A stretch of DNA of 60,710 nucleotides. It comes from Nitrospira sp. Its GTDB lineage: Bacteria > Pseudomonadota > Gammaproteobacteria > Acidiferrobacterales > SPGG2. A program made the position numbers and the translations under genes. The notes below the pieces were generated by a model. The model had not been told where the DNA came from. It did no database searches and saw only the letters and a program-made list of their open reading frames with translations. The DNA lies in the NCBI GenBank assembly GCA_019456345.1, contig VRUB01000001.1:1-60710 (forward strand), in the 5' to 3' direction. Positions 1 through 9,682 of the stretch are shown in pieces; positions within the stretch are counted from its first letter, which is position 1, and each line of letters begins with the position of its first letter.

Positions 1-1545
1 CTGATGGTTGAATCGGAAGCCAAGATACTGCCCGAAGAGACCATGTTGGAGGCAGTGATGTTTGGCCACGCGCAAATGCAGCCGGTTATCGAGGCGATCA
101 ATGAGTTCACACGTGAGGCCGGGGCGAAACCGTGGGACTGGCAAGCGCCGGAAAAAAATGCATCGTTATTGGAGCCAGTCCAGAAATCGGGTGTAACGGA
201 AATTACGAGTGCCTATGGAATTGCGGACAAGGTTTCACGTCAAGATAAGCTCGCTCAAGTGCGCGAGCATATTGTCTCGAGCGTGGCATCAGTGGATGCC
301 GGTGAGGAGGAGTTGGCGGAGATTAAGAAAGCTATCAAGGGCATCGAGCGCGATGTGGTGCGCGGGAGAATTCTTGAGGGAGAGTCACGCATTGATGGTC
401 GCGGTACTCGCACGGTACGACCCATCACCATACGGGTCGGCGTACTGCCACGAACGCATGGATCTGCGTTGTTTACGCGCGGGGAGACGCAAGCATTGGT
501 AACTACGACGCTTGGTACCGGGCGTGATGCACAGATCATCGATGCGCTGGAAGGGGAGCGCAAGGATCCGTTTATGCTGCACTATAATTTCCCGCCATAC
601 AGCGTCGGGGAGACGGGGCGCGTGGGTTCACCTAAGAGACGGGAGATCGGTCATGGCCGGTTAGCGAGACGAAGTATCGCCGCTGTACTGCCGGATATGG
701 ACGAGTACCCTTACGTGGTGCGCGTGGTTTCCGAGATAACGGAGTCGAACGGTTCCAGCTCAATGGCCACAGTTTGTGGTGCAAGTCTTTCGCTCATGGA
801 CGCCGGGGTCAAGATCAAGGCGCCCGTCGCAGGTGTTGCGATGGGCCTGATCAAGGAAGGGAAACGGTTTGCGGTACTGACCGACATAATCGGTGACGAG
901 GATCATCTGGGCGATATGGACTTCAAGGTGGCCGGCACTTCTGAGGGTGTCACGGCGCTACAAATGGATATCAAGATTGAGGAGATCACCAAGGAAATCA
1001 TGCAGGCTGCTCTTGAGCAGGCGAAGGAGGGGCGATTTCATATTCTCGATGCCATGAATCAGGTTATTGCCGAGCCGCGCGCGGAGTTATCTGACTATGC
1101 TCCCCGAATTATCACATTCAAGATCAATCCAGACCGGATTCGTGACGTTATCGGCAAAGGCGGTACGACGATTCGCGCCATCTGCGAAGAGACTAACGCA
1201 ACGATCGATATTTCCGATGACGGTACGGTGAAAATTGCATCTGTTGATAATGCAGCAACCCAGGAGGCACGCCGGCGTGTCGAGCAATTAACGGCGGACG
1301 TCGAGGTGGGTATGGTGTACGAAGGAAGGGTCGCGAAGCTGATGGATTTTGGTGCCTTCGTAACGATTTTGCCGGGCCGTGACGGCCTCGTTCACATCTC
1401 GCAAATCTCGAATGAACGAGTGGAAAATGTGAGCGACAAACTTAAAGAAGGTGACAACGTCAAGGTCAAAGTCTTGGAAGTGGACAAGCAAGGGCGCATC
1501 CGCCTCAGCATGAAGGCGGTTGCGCAGCAGGCGGCATCGCCGTAA
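1..1545 (+). CDS. pnp: polyribonucleotide nucleotidyltransferase (PNPase), 5'-truncated by window edge
   Basis: ORF 4..1545 stays open back to base 1. The translation covers the second RNase PH domain, a KH domain ([11 protein letters not shown]) and an S1 domain ([15 protein letters not shown]), matching the C-terminal two thirds of PNPase. Confidence 0.95.
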   Translation: MMVESEAKILPEETMLEAVMFGHAQMQPVIEAINEFTREAGAKPWDWQAPEKNASLLEPVQKSGVTEITSAYGIADKVSRQDKLAQVREHIVSSVASVDAGEEELAEIKKAIKGIERDVVRGRILEGESRIDGRGTRTVRPITIRVGVLPRTHGSALFTRGETQALVTTTLGTGRDAQIIDALEGERKDPFMLHYNFPPYSVGETGRVGSPKRREIGHGRLARRSIAAVLPDMDEYPYVVRVVSEITESNGSSSMATVCGASLSLMDAGVKIKAPVAGVAMGLIKEGKRFAVLTDIIGDEDHLGDMDFKVAGTSEGVTALQMDIKIEEITKEIMQAALEQAKEGRFHILDAMNQVIAEPRAELSDYAPRIITFKINPDRIRDVIGKGGTTIRAICEETNATIDISDDGTVKIASVDNAATQEARRRVEQLTADVEVGMVYEGRVAKLMDFGAFVTILPGRDGLVHISQISNERVENVSDKLKEGDNVKVKVLEVDKQGRIRLSMKAVAQQAASP

Positions 1546-1563
1546 CGTCTCCCCATCACTGCC

Positions 1564-1624
1564 CCCTCGGCAACAGCGGGGCCAGCCGGTGCCCCCGAGG
1601 GCTCCCGCGTCGCCCCGGCTGGCC
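1564..1624 (+). terminator. GC-rich structured region just downstream of pnp, with two mutually exclusive stems
   Basis: ccctcgg (1564-1570) pairs with ccgaggg (1595-1601). ggccagccgg (1580-1589) pairs with ccggctggcc (1615-1624). The two stems interleave and no U-tract follows. Confidence 0.35.
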
Positions 1625-1761
1625 TACGGGAGCGCGCGCGTGTAATCTATCAAGTCATTGATATAAAAAGATAAACACCCGTCTCGGGTGAGCACGCACG
1701 CGGGTACGCGTAAGCCTCGGCGGGCATCGCCTGTGTGCCAGCTCGCGGTCGCGGCGCTGAT

Positions 1762-2745
1762 TTACGACCGCTGTTTCGGGTCTAGGTGACCCAACAAGTA
1801 CGCCGATATGCGTTCTTCCAGCCAGTAGTGCGCATGCCAGGGCCACTGGCCGCTGACGAATCCTACGTGTCCACCGTTGCGATAAAGTTCCAGCGCAACG
1901 TTAGGTGACAGCTCCTCGTTCAATGGAATCACAGCCTCGGTCATGAAAGGATCGTCGCGAGCGTGCAACACGAGCGTGTCGACGGTGATGTGTTTTAAAT
2001 AACGCCGGGAGCTGGCGCAGGCATAGTAATGCTCGGCGTTCCTGAAGCCGTGCAACGGCGCCGTGACATGTTCGTCGAAAAGCCGGAAATTATGCAGCGA
2101 GGAAAGATCGGATGTCCCGAGGTTCATCGGCATGAGGGCGAGCTTGCGCCGAATCGCACGCCGCATGCTGGCGAGCAGCTTCCATTGGTACACGCGCGAG
2201 AACCCCTGCGCAATGCGATCGGCTGCGTCCCCCAGCAGAAACGGGACCGATACCGCAACGGCCGCTTGCAGCTGTGCCGCGGTGCCGGTCTCGCCCAGCC
2301 ACTTAAGCAGCACATTTCCGCCAAGCGAGTAGCCGACGGCCGTCAAAGGAGTGTGTGGTTCGCGTCGGCGCAGTGTTGTCACGAGGTTTGCGAGATCACC
2401 CGTGTCCCCGGAGTGATAGCCACGTGCCAAGCGATTGGGGGCGCCGCTGCAACCACGAAAGTGCATGACAACTCCGCGAAATCCTTGTTGCTGGAGCACC
2501 TTGAGCAGGCCACGTACGTAAGGCGAACGGGAGGAGCCTTCCAGCCCATGTAGGACAATAACAACGGGACTGTCCGCATTACAGGTCCAGTCCAAATCTA
2601 TAAAGTCGCCGTCTGCGAGCTCGAGGCGCTCGCGCTGAAGTTCGATATGAGGCCTCCATCGAAACACAGACGACCAGAGCGTTTGTGCGTGCGCTCCACG
2701 GCACCACCATGCGGGCTCAAAGGGCGTACCTTTCGAAAAAGTCAT
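1762..2745 (-). CDS. alpha/beta-fold hydrolase (YheT-like)
   Basis: 327-aa ORF with an HGLEGSS oxyanion-region motif and a GYSLGGN nucleophile elbow. ATG start at 2745. Confidence 0.85.
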   Translation of the reverse strand: MTFSKGTPFEPAWWCRGAHAQTLWSSVFRWRPHIELQRERLELADGDFIDLDWTCNADSPVVIVLHGLEGSSRSPYVRGLLKVLQQQGFRGVVMHFRGCSGAPNRLARGYHSGDTGDLANLVTTLRRREPHTPLTAVGYSLGGNVLLKWLGETGTAAQLQAAVAVSVPFLLGDAADRIAQGFSRVYQWKLLASMRRAIRRKLALMPMNLGTSDLSSLHNFRLFDEHVTAPLHGFRNAEHYYACASSRRYLKHITVDTLVLHARDDPFMTEAVIPLNEELSPNVALELYRNGGHVGFVSGQWPWHAHYWLEERISAYLLGHLDPKQRS

Positions 2746-2802
2746 ACTTCTCGGTGCGACTTATCGACTCTGGTAGTAAATTCGTAGCGCTAAGGCGTGG
2801 CA

Positions 2803-2849
2803 AGTAGCAAGTGGCAAGGAACGTCACGGGGCGACACGTACTTGCTACT
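2803..2849 (-). terminator. 10-bp perfect hairpin downstream of the REC-GGDEF gene
   Basis: agtagcaagt (2803-2812) pairs with acttgctact (2840-2849) around a 27-nt loop. It lies 20 nt past the stop at 2869. There is no U-tract. It is built from the gtagcaagt motif that also occurs at 17483. Confidence 0.35.
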
Positions 2850-2868
2850 GGCAATTTGAAATCTGTTC

Positions 2869-4035
2869 TTATTTTAACTGCAAAAGCTTTTCCTTCAGAC
2901 TGTTTAGCTCAAGGTCAAATTCAAGCTCAAGCTTGTCGTTGCACGTCTCGATCAACGGCAGCACTTTAAGGGCGAGCTCGGGCAGGTAGGGGTCAAGCTT
3001 TCCGGTATCACCGTGGCGCAGCATCTCCAAGGCTGTGTTGATATCGGGTTGCGCCACAACGACCGTATCCCCATCCGCGCTCTCGGTCATTTCCTCCACG
3101 CTGAGCCGATTGCCCCCGGCCGCCCCGGCCGCGGTCACCCGCTGATCGGACAGATCAAGAAGCTCCTCCACGGTATCACCCGGGTCGCGCCCCAGGGTGA
3201 CGACCCCGAGGCTGGCCGTCACAGGGACGCTGATGTCATTATGTTTGAACGGCTCGTGGTTTATGGCGCTGCGCAGCCGCTCGCAGAGCACGGCCGCCTC
3301 CAGGCGCCCGGCGCGCGGCGTGATGATTGCAAACTCCCCGCCGCCGACGCGGGCAAGAATATCGCCATCTCGGGTCTGCGCGATAATAATATTAGCCACC
3401 CACAGGAGCAGGCGATCACCGCTGTCGTCGCCGTGCTCGCCATATATGGCGCGAAAATTGTCGATGTCCAGCCTAACCAGTGAAAGCTCGGTGCCCCGTT
3501 TTCCGGCAGTGGCGATCTCCTCGCCCCCACGCTGCACGAACAGGCGGCGGCTATTAAGTTGGGTCAGCGGATCGATGCTTGCCTGTTCGTCAAGGGCCTC
3601 CGTCGCGTGCGCCAGTTTGCGGCTCGTCTGATCGAGCCTGGCCTGGACGCGGGTGCACTCGAGAAGCCGCGCACCGTCAATGGGCTTGGTGATAAACTCA
3701 TTGGCGCCACAGGCGAATGCGCGTTCGCGGGTTTCATCGTCCTCGGCCCCCGTGATGACGATGACGGGGACATCGCGAATGCGGGCCTCATCGGCGGCGC
3801 GGATCCGGCATATTAGCGCATAGCCGTCCAGGCGAGGCATGAGCACATCGGCGATAACGACCTGAATCTGGTCATCGCCGACGAGCATTTCCCAGCCTTT
3901 TTCCCCATCCTCGGCTTCGGTTGCCTCGAATTCGCCTTGGATAAACTTGTGGATGGCCTTGCGCATGAGGCGCGAGTCGTCGACCACCAGCACGCGGGGT
4001 TTTTCAGCAGCGGAAGTAATAGCGTCTCTTGACAT
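2869..4035 (-). CDS. response regulator with receiver and GGDEF (diguanylate cyclase) domains
   Basis: N-terminal REC domain (VLVVDDS...ADVLMPRLDG...ITKP). Active-site GGGEF preceded by an RxxD I-site (RDGDILARVGGGEF). About 70 extra residues follow at the C-terminus. Confidence 0.9.
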   Translation of the reverse strand: MSRDAITSAAEKPRVLVVDDSRLMRKAIHKFIQGEFEATEAEDGEKGWEMLVGDDQIQVVIADVLMPRLDGYALICRIRAADEARIRDVPVIVITGAEDDETRERAFACGANEFITKPIDGARLLECTRVQARLDQTSRKLAHATEALDEQASIDPLTQLNSRRLFVQRGGEEIATAGKRGTELSLVRLDIDNFRAIYGEHGDDSGDRLLLWVANIIIAQTRDGDILARVGGGEFAIITPRAGRLEAAVLCERLRSAINHEPFKHNDISVPVTASLGVVTLGRDPGDTVEELLDLSDQRVTAAGAAGGNRLSVEEMTESADGDTVVVAQPDINTALEMLRHGDTGKLDPYLPELALKVLPLIETCNDKLELEFDLELNSLKEKLLQLK

Positions 4036-4252
4036 GGGTCGTGTTCAACTCAGTACTTGACGTGTACCTGCGTTTTTGGCATCACCCCGTGATTCATGGT
4101 CATCTCATTATTTAAGGTATATTAGCCTCTCGAGCCATTCAAATTCGAATTTTCTTGGGCTTGCGGACTGTAAGTCCCCGCACACCTTATCCCTTAACCC
4201 GGGATTCAGGTCGTTCCGCGCCGCACGGTAGTACCTCGGGCCCGGTTTTCAG

Positions 4253-5047
4253 CTAGAAATAGACCAAGACCAACGATCCAAATGCAATACGGTAATAGCC
4301 GAATATTACAAAGTTATGCCGTGACACATAGGCGAGAAATACTCTGACCACGATCAGTGCCGCGATAAAAGCGGTCACAAAGCCCACAGCGAATATGGCC
4401 AGGTCGTCGGGCTGCAGGATGTGGCGATTCTGGAAAAGCTCGAACAGGGTCGCGGCGAACATGATGGGTATCGCCAGAAAAAAAGAAAACTCGGTTGCGC
4501 AGGTGCGAGAAAGCCCGGTCAACAGGCCTCCCATGATCGTGGCGCCTGCCCGCGATACGCCGGGGAAAAGCGAGGTAATTTGTGCAAATCCAATCTTGAG
4601 TGCATCGAGCGGGTGTAGGTCCTCGAGCTTGCGCACGCGCTCCTGTCTCGGGGTATATTCGATGAGGATGATTAAGATCCCGCCGACAATGAGTGCTGCC
4701 GCCACGGTCGTGGGGTTGAAGAGGTAGGTCTTGATCTGCTCGTGCAGGGCAAGTCCGACAATCGCCGCCGGGGTGAAGGCCACCAGAAGGTTTAACCAGA
4801 AACGCCTCGCCGGCTCGCGTGAAAGGTCGCTTGTGAGGCCCCGCAGCTCGCTGCGGTAATGCCACACCACGGCCAGAATGGCGCCGAGCTGAATAAAGAT
4901 ATGAAAAGTCTTGGCGCGGTCGTCAGTGAAGTCGAGTGCATCGCCGGCGATTATCAAGTGCCCGGTTGAAGACACCGGTAAAAACTCGGTCAATCCTTCA
5001 ACGGCGCCCAGCAGCAGGGCCTTCAGAAGCAGCGCGAGGTCCATCAA
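4253..5047 (-). CDS. uppP: undecaprenyl-diphosphate phosphatase
   Basis: 264-aa polytopic protein with the BacA/UppP signature GAVEGLTEFLPVSSTGHL and the PGVSRAGATI motif. Confidence 0.93.
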   Translation of the reverse strand: MMDLALLLKALLLGAVEGLTEFLPVSSTGHLIIAGDALDFTDDRAKTFHIFIQLGAILAVVWHYRSELRGLTSDLSREPARRFWLNLLVAFTPAAIVGLALHEQIKTYLFNPTTVAAALIVGGILIILIEYTPRQERVRKLEDLHPLDALKIGFAQITSLFPGVSRAGATIMGGLLTGLSRTCATEFSFFLAIPIMFAATLFELFQNRHILQPDDLAIFAVGFVTAFIAALIVVRVFLAYVSRHNFVIFGYYRIAFGSLVLVYF

Positions 5048-5123
5048 TGATCAGCACCCCGAGCGTGAGGCCTGCCTCACGTTATGCGTGTCCACGTACG
5101 TCACCGGCTCGAGTACCCATGAT

Positions 5124-6437
5124 TCAAGCTACGAACTCCAGCACTTGTCCGCGGGCTTCTTCGCGAATGCGGCCGCGATCGAACGCGACATGGCCGCCAA
5201 CGAGGGTGTATGCAGGCCAGCCGGTGAGCATCGAGCCCTCGTACGGGCTCCACTTGACCTTTGTGAACATCTCTTCGTCACGAACGCGCCGCTTTTCAAA
5301 GATGTCGACTAGGGTAAGGTCCGCGTCCCAGCCCTCTGCAATCTTACCTTTGTTCGGTATGCCGTAGGCCTTGGCCGGGCCATAGCACATCCACTTCTGG
5401 ATCTCAGCCAGTGTACAATGTCCGGCCGCCATTTGAGTCAACATCAAGGGTAACGAGGTCTCAACGCCCGGCATGCCGGACGGGCTCTGTGGATACGGTT
5501 GGCGTTTTTCTTCCAGGGTGTGGGGCGCGTGGTCAGTGGCAATGAAATCAATTGTGCCGTCGTGCAAGGCGTCCCACAGCGCGGCATTGTCCTCCGCTTG
5601 TCGGATCGGCGGGTTCATCTGCACCAGTGTCCCTAGCCGCTCATAGTCCTGAACGTTGAGGAGCAGGTGATTGGGGATGACCTCCGCTGTCACCCACGGT
5701 GGCTTATGCCGGCGCAGTAACTCGACTTCCTCGCGGGTGGACAGATGAAGGATGTGCAGGCGGCGGCGATACTTCGTTGATAGATCAAGCGCGAGCCGGG
5801 TTGCGACCAGGGCACACTGGTTGTCGCGGATCTCGGAGTGCACAGCGGGATCACTGCGATCCGCATACTGGGCGCGCCTTTCGTTAATGCGGGCCTCGCT
5901 TTCGGCGTGAACGGCGATGAGTCGATCACCGTGGGCGAAGATTCGCTCAAGGTCGTTGGCGTCTTGTACCAACAGCGAGCCGGTGCTCGCCCCCATGAAG
6001 ATCTTGATGCCGCACACGGGGTCTACGGAGTTGAGCGCGGCTAGGTTGTCCGGTGTGGCGCCAATGAAGAACGCGTAATTGGCAACGCAGCTGTGTTGTG
6101 CCCTGGCGATCTTGTCGTTCAACGCGGTCTGGTCGACGGTAGGCGGATTGGTGTTCGGCATATCGAGGAAGCTTGTGACCCCGCCCCTGACGGCGGCGCG
6201 TGACCCGGATGCCAGGTCTTCCTTGTGCGTAGCGCCCGGTTCGCGGAAATGAACCTGCGGGTCGATTACACCAGGCAGCAACAGCATGCCGGCGGCATCA
6301 ATCGATTCGTGTGCTTGCGTGGTTATGGCACGATCGATGCGCGCAATGATGCCCCGCTCACAGCCGAGATCGCTTTCGGAGATGGAACCATCTGGAAAGG
6401 CGATGCGCGCATTGCGGATCACTACGCTGTACAACAC
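5124..6437 (-). CDS. pyrC: dihydroorotase-like cyclic amidohydrolase (class I type)
   Basis: 437 aa with DPQVHFREPG, IKIFMG, AVHAE, HILHLST and ATDHAPH blocks in the order expected for class I DHOase. The first metal-binding His is replaced (Q-V-H instead of H-x-H). Confidence 0.8.
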   Translation of the reverse strand: MLYSVVIRNARIAFPDGSISESDLGCERGIIARIDRAITTQAHESIDAAGMLLLPGVIDPQVHFREPGATHKEDLASGSRAAVRGGVTSFLDMPNTNPPTVDQTALNDKIARAQHSCVANYAFFIGATPDNLAALNSVDPVCGIKIFMGASTGSLLVQDANDLERIFAHGDRLIAVHAESEARINERRAQYADRSDPAVHSEIRDNQCALVATRLALDLSTKYRRRLHILHLSTREEVELLRRHKPPWVTAEVIPNHLLLNVQDYERLGTLVQMNPPIRQAEDNAALWDALHDGTIDFIATDHAPHTLEEKRQPYPQSPSGMPGVETSLPLMLTQMAAGHCTLAEIQKWMCYGPAKAYGIPNKGKIAEGWDADLTLVDIFEKRRVRDEEMFTKVKWSPYEGSMLTGWPAYTLVGGHVAFDRGRIREEARGQVLEFVA

Positions 6438-6515
6438 GATCCTCCCGCAAAAGAAAAGGGGACGACCGTCCCCTGTTCATTGTCATTGCAGGTTTTCTGT
6501 GGTGCCGCCCGGGGC

Positions 6516-6965
6516 TCAGGCCATCTGCTTTTCACGGATTTCATCAAGGGTCTTGCAATCGATGCACAGCTCGGCGGTCGGTCTGGCCTCCAGACGCTCT
6601 ATGCCGATCTCAACGCCACAAACGTCGCAATAGCCGTAGTCACCTGCTTCTATTCTTTCGAGCGCCTCGTCGATTTTCGTGATCAGCTTGCTCTCGCGGT
6701 CGCGACTGCGCAGCTCCAGGGTGATGTCCGTTTCACGACTTGCACGATCATTGGGGTCGGGGTGAAGTGTAGGCTCATCGCGCATCTGGGTGACCGTACG
6801 CGAGCGCTCATTGAGCAGCTCCTGTTTCCATGCCAAAAGCAGGCTGCGGAAGTGCGTCAGCTGCTTCTTGTTCATGTATTTCTCACCCTTCTTGCGCCCA
6901 TAGGGCTTCGCGCCGCCATGCAACTTAGGGGCGACAGCTTGTGCACTTTTTCTCTTGGCTGGCAT
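6516..6965 (-). CDS. dksA: RNA polymerase-binding transcription factor DksA
   Basis: The long ORF 6516..7385 was trimmed to the ATG at 6965 (MPAKRKS...), giving 149 aa. It has a coiled-coil region and a C4 zinc finger (CDVCGVEI...CIDC). Confidence 0.9.
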   Translation of the reverse strand: MPAKRKSAQAVAPKLHGGAKPYGRKKGEKYMNKKQLTHFRSLLLAWKQELLNERSRTVTQMRDEPTLHPDPNDRASRETDITLELRSRDRESKLITKIDEALERIEAGDYGYCDVCGVEIGIERLEARPTAELCIDCKTLDEIREKQMA

Positions 6966-7383
6966 GCATCGACTCCGTGTGTTGATGATGCAGGTAAACT
7001 GGCCCTGAAAAAATAAGCGCGAATCTATACCAGAAAGCCCAAACTGGCGCAAGGACAAGCCAAAAGTGGCTGTGGCTGCTGGATTTGACAGCTGTTTCCC
7101 CGGTATATCACGGCCTGCGAGTGCAATGGTCCGCCCGAGCCTGCGGCACCCGCTTGCCGGGCGAGAGCGACGCGCGTGGCGAGTGGCCGCGCCCCCTGTT
7201 TGGTGTCGATGGCCACTGCCGTGGCGGGCCGCGGGCGGCCTCGAGCGATGAGCGCGGTCTGATCGAAATTGCGGCTGCTGGGCACAGGCGCGACGGAGCG
7301 CTGAGTGGGGTCGCCCGGGCAATTCCTGATATGATTGCCCGCCGCGGCTCGTTTTTATCTGGCCGCGTTGATCCGCGCGACGC

Positions 7384-8538
7384 ATGAAGACTCCTCTGGC
7401 GGCACGCCTCGATAAGATTCAGCCTTTCCACGTCATGGCCGTGCTCGCACGCGCGCATGAGCTGGAGCGCCAGGGCCGATCCATCATTCACATGGAAATC
7501 GGCGAACCGGACTTTCCCACCGCGAGCGGTATCGTACGCGCCGCGGTGCGTGCCATCGAAGCCGGGCATACCCATTACTTGCCGGCGCTGGGCCTGCCCG
7601 AGCTGCGCGAACGCATCGCGGGGAGTTACCCACCGGGCGCGCGACCTGCCGCAGGGCGGGTGGTGGTCACCCCCGGTGCTTCCGGTGCGCTGCAGCTGAT
7701 CTTCGCGGCACTGCTGAATCCCGGGGACCAGGTGCTGATGACGGATCCTGGTTACCCCTGCAACCGGCATTTTGTCAGCTTGTTCGAAGGGGAAGCGAGA
7801 GCGATTCTGGTCGATGCCCGCACCGAATATCAGCTCGACGCGGCGCTGGTGCGCAAGCATTGGACGGCGCGAACAGTCGCAGTGCTGCTCTCGTCTCCTT
7901 CGAATCCCACGGGGACGCTGGTGTCCGAGGAGCACATGGCTGAGATTGTCGCCGCCGTTCGTGAGCTTGGCGGCCGCCTCATTGTGGATGAAATATACGG
8001 CGGGCTGACCTACGGTGTAGAGGCGAAAACGGTGTTAGCCCATTCGCAGGATGTGTTTGTCGTCAACAGCTTCTCCAAGTACTACGGCATGACCGGCTGG
8101 CGGGTGGGATGGCTGGTGACACCGGAGGTGTACAGCAGCGCTATCGACAAGTTGGCGCAGAATATCTTTATCGCTACCGGCACGCCGTCGCAGTATGGGG
8201 CGTTGGCGGCGTTCAAGCCGCAGGTCGAGAAGGAGCTGCGCCGGCGCGTGCAGATCTTCCGGGAACGTCGAGATTATCTGTTGCCGGCATTGCGCGACCT
8301 GGGCTTCGATATACCGGTTACGCCGCAGGGGGCATTCTATTTCTACGCCGATTGCACTCGTTTTACCACCGACAGTCAGCAGTTCGCGCTGGATTTGCTC
8401 GAGCGCTCCGGCGTGGCCGTCACCCCCGGGCTGGACTTTGGCGTCAACCAACCGGAGTGCTACATACGTTTCTCGTATGCCACTACGCTGGCAAATCTGC
8501 AGGAAGGCGTACGACGCCTTAGGGCCTATCTCGCCTAA
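7384..8538 (+). CDS. PLP-dependent aminotransferase, class I/II (aspartate/aromatic type)
   Basis: 384 aa with the PLP-lysine block SFSKYYGMTGWRVGW and SSPSNPTG. Confidence 0.88.
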   Translation: MKTPLAARLDKIQPFHVMAVLARAHELERQGRSIIHMEIGEPDFPTASGIVRAAVRAIEAGHTHYLPALGLPELRERIAGSYPPGARPAAGRVVVTPGASGALQLIFAALLNPGDQVLMTDPGYPCNRHFVSLFEGEARAILVDARTEYQLDAALVRKHWTARTVAVLLSSPSNPTGTLVSEEHMAEIVAAVRELGGRLIVDEIYGGLTYGVEAKTVLAHSQDVFVVNSFSKYYGMTGWRVGWLVTPEVYSSAIDKLAQNIFIATGTPSQYGALAAFKPQVEKELRRRVQIFRERRDYLLPALRDLGFDIPVTPQGAFYFYADCTRFTTDSQQFALDLLERSGVAVTPGLDFGVNQPECYIRFSYATTLANLQEGVRRLRAYLA

Positions 8539-8540
8539 CC

Positions 8541-8568
8541 GGCTGTTGAAAAACCGTTTTCAGCAGCC
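8541..8568 (+). terminator. 12-bp stem-loop immediately after the aminotransferase stop
   Basis: ggctgttgaaaa / ttttcagcagcc with one G-U pair and a 4-nt loop. It starts 3 nt after the TAA at 8536-8538. No clear U-tract follows. Confidence 0.4.
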
Positions 8569-8785
8569 TGTTAGAGCGGTGCAAGGAGGTATCGCACATT
8601 TTTCGAACACGCAAGTGTTTGAAAAATGGAGCAAAGCAAAAATTGCACTTATTGCTTTGCGAGCTGACCAATTGCGCCGGGAGCGCGATGGGACCGCGAA
8701 GCGACGCCGCAGGCGCAAGCCACAAGGATGTGGCGAGTCAAAAAGTCATGGACCGACTTTTTCAGTATTCTGCGAGTGTGGAAAC

Positions 8786-8848
8786 TGCACGAGCTCACCA
8801 CAAAGATCGCAGAGAAATCCCTGAAAAGAAACGCTTAACGCAACGGCG
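8786..8848 (+). repeat. dispersed intergenic repeat, copy A
   Basis: tgcacgagctcacc...aaagatcgcagagaaatccctgaaaagaaacgcttaacgcaacggcg aligns with the reverse complement of 34261-34330. A partial match lies at 54311-54350. Confidence 0.7.
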
Positions 8849-9304
8849 CAAAGACGCCGCAAGGTTAAAATAAAAACCGGAAGTCCCGGACATTCTTCGC
8901 GCGTTAGTGCCTTTCCATTATTTAGCTCTGTTAGGGGCAGCGGCCTGTACCGCTCCTGCGTTGTGTCATGCCGTGAAACTCTGCGGTGCGACGCAATCGT
9001 GCTCCACTTGCAGGATCGGGGCTCGTCTTCCTGCGCTGCGTCCCGCCTGCTGCGCTTGACAATTTTGCCGGGAGCAAATGTGCGGCCCACTTGTGTCGGG
9101 GAAATTGCAGGTGCCGCGATACCCGTCGAGCGTCACCCCAGCGGGTCAGAATTAAGCGGCGACTCTGGCCACGATCTGAAATATTACTTATTTAAATCAA
9201 TTAGATAAGTCAGTATTCGAGGTGCTGGCACGCTCCTTGCGACACCATGCGTGGGACGTGTTCGCCGTCTTTTGACGAGCCGCCTGATTCAGTGGGGGTG
9301 TCAG

Positions 9305-9523
9305 ATGAACTGTTTCGAATCGCCTGCGGGCTTGGCCGATGACGTGAAGGCGCTCATTGCCCAGGCGGAAGCATCTTGTGAAACGGACCCCGTGCTGCAC
9401 GATGTTGCGGCGATGGTGTATGTGGGCGATGTGTACGCCTTGCGCGAACTCGTCCGCGCGACCGCCGACCCCGCTTGGGGAGAGCGCAGCTACGCTTGCG
9501 GCTTCGAGTACGATCCGCTGTGA
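9305..9523 (+). CDS. hypothetical small acidic protein (72 aa)
   Basis: In-frame ATG at 9305 within ORF 9251..9523. Third codon positions are G/C-rich like the neighbouring genes. No recognisable motif. Confidence 0.4.
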   Translation: MNCFESPAGLADDVKALIAQAEASCETDPVLHDVAAMVYVGDVYALRELVRATADPAWGERSYACGFEYDPL

Positions 9524-9682
9524 AACCGGGTGGATTAAGGTGTATTTGTGAATGTGCGTGCTGGCGACCAGACGCCAATTCTTTGGCGATCAGCAAGCAG
9601 GTTAGAGCGGCATAGGGTCGCTGTTTCCGTACTCCGGCTGTGAACCCGGATTGCCGCGGAGGGGGTGCGCCCAGCAGGCCAA

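Noticed and set aside
6966-7385. Long N-terminal extensions of track ORFs (dksA to 7385, glyA from 24602, hpnH from 43946, recA from 54006, hpnA from 52507, ribD from 26626)
   Set aside because: The family-typical N-termini begin at internal ATGs, most with an SD-like sequence. The extensions are Arg/Pro-rich and cross intergenic or neighbouring-gene sequence.
8195-9208. ORFs 8195..8824, 8619..8873, 8746..9090 and 8963..9208 as coding genes
   Set aside because: They overlap each other, the 3' end of the aminotransferase, or the dispersed repeat. The peptide similarity between repeat copies is explained by DNA repetition.
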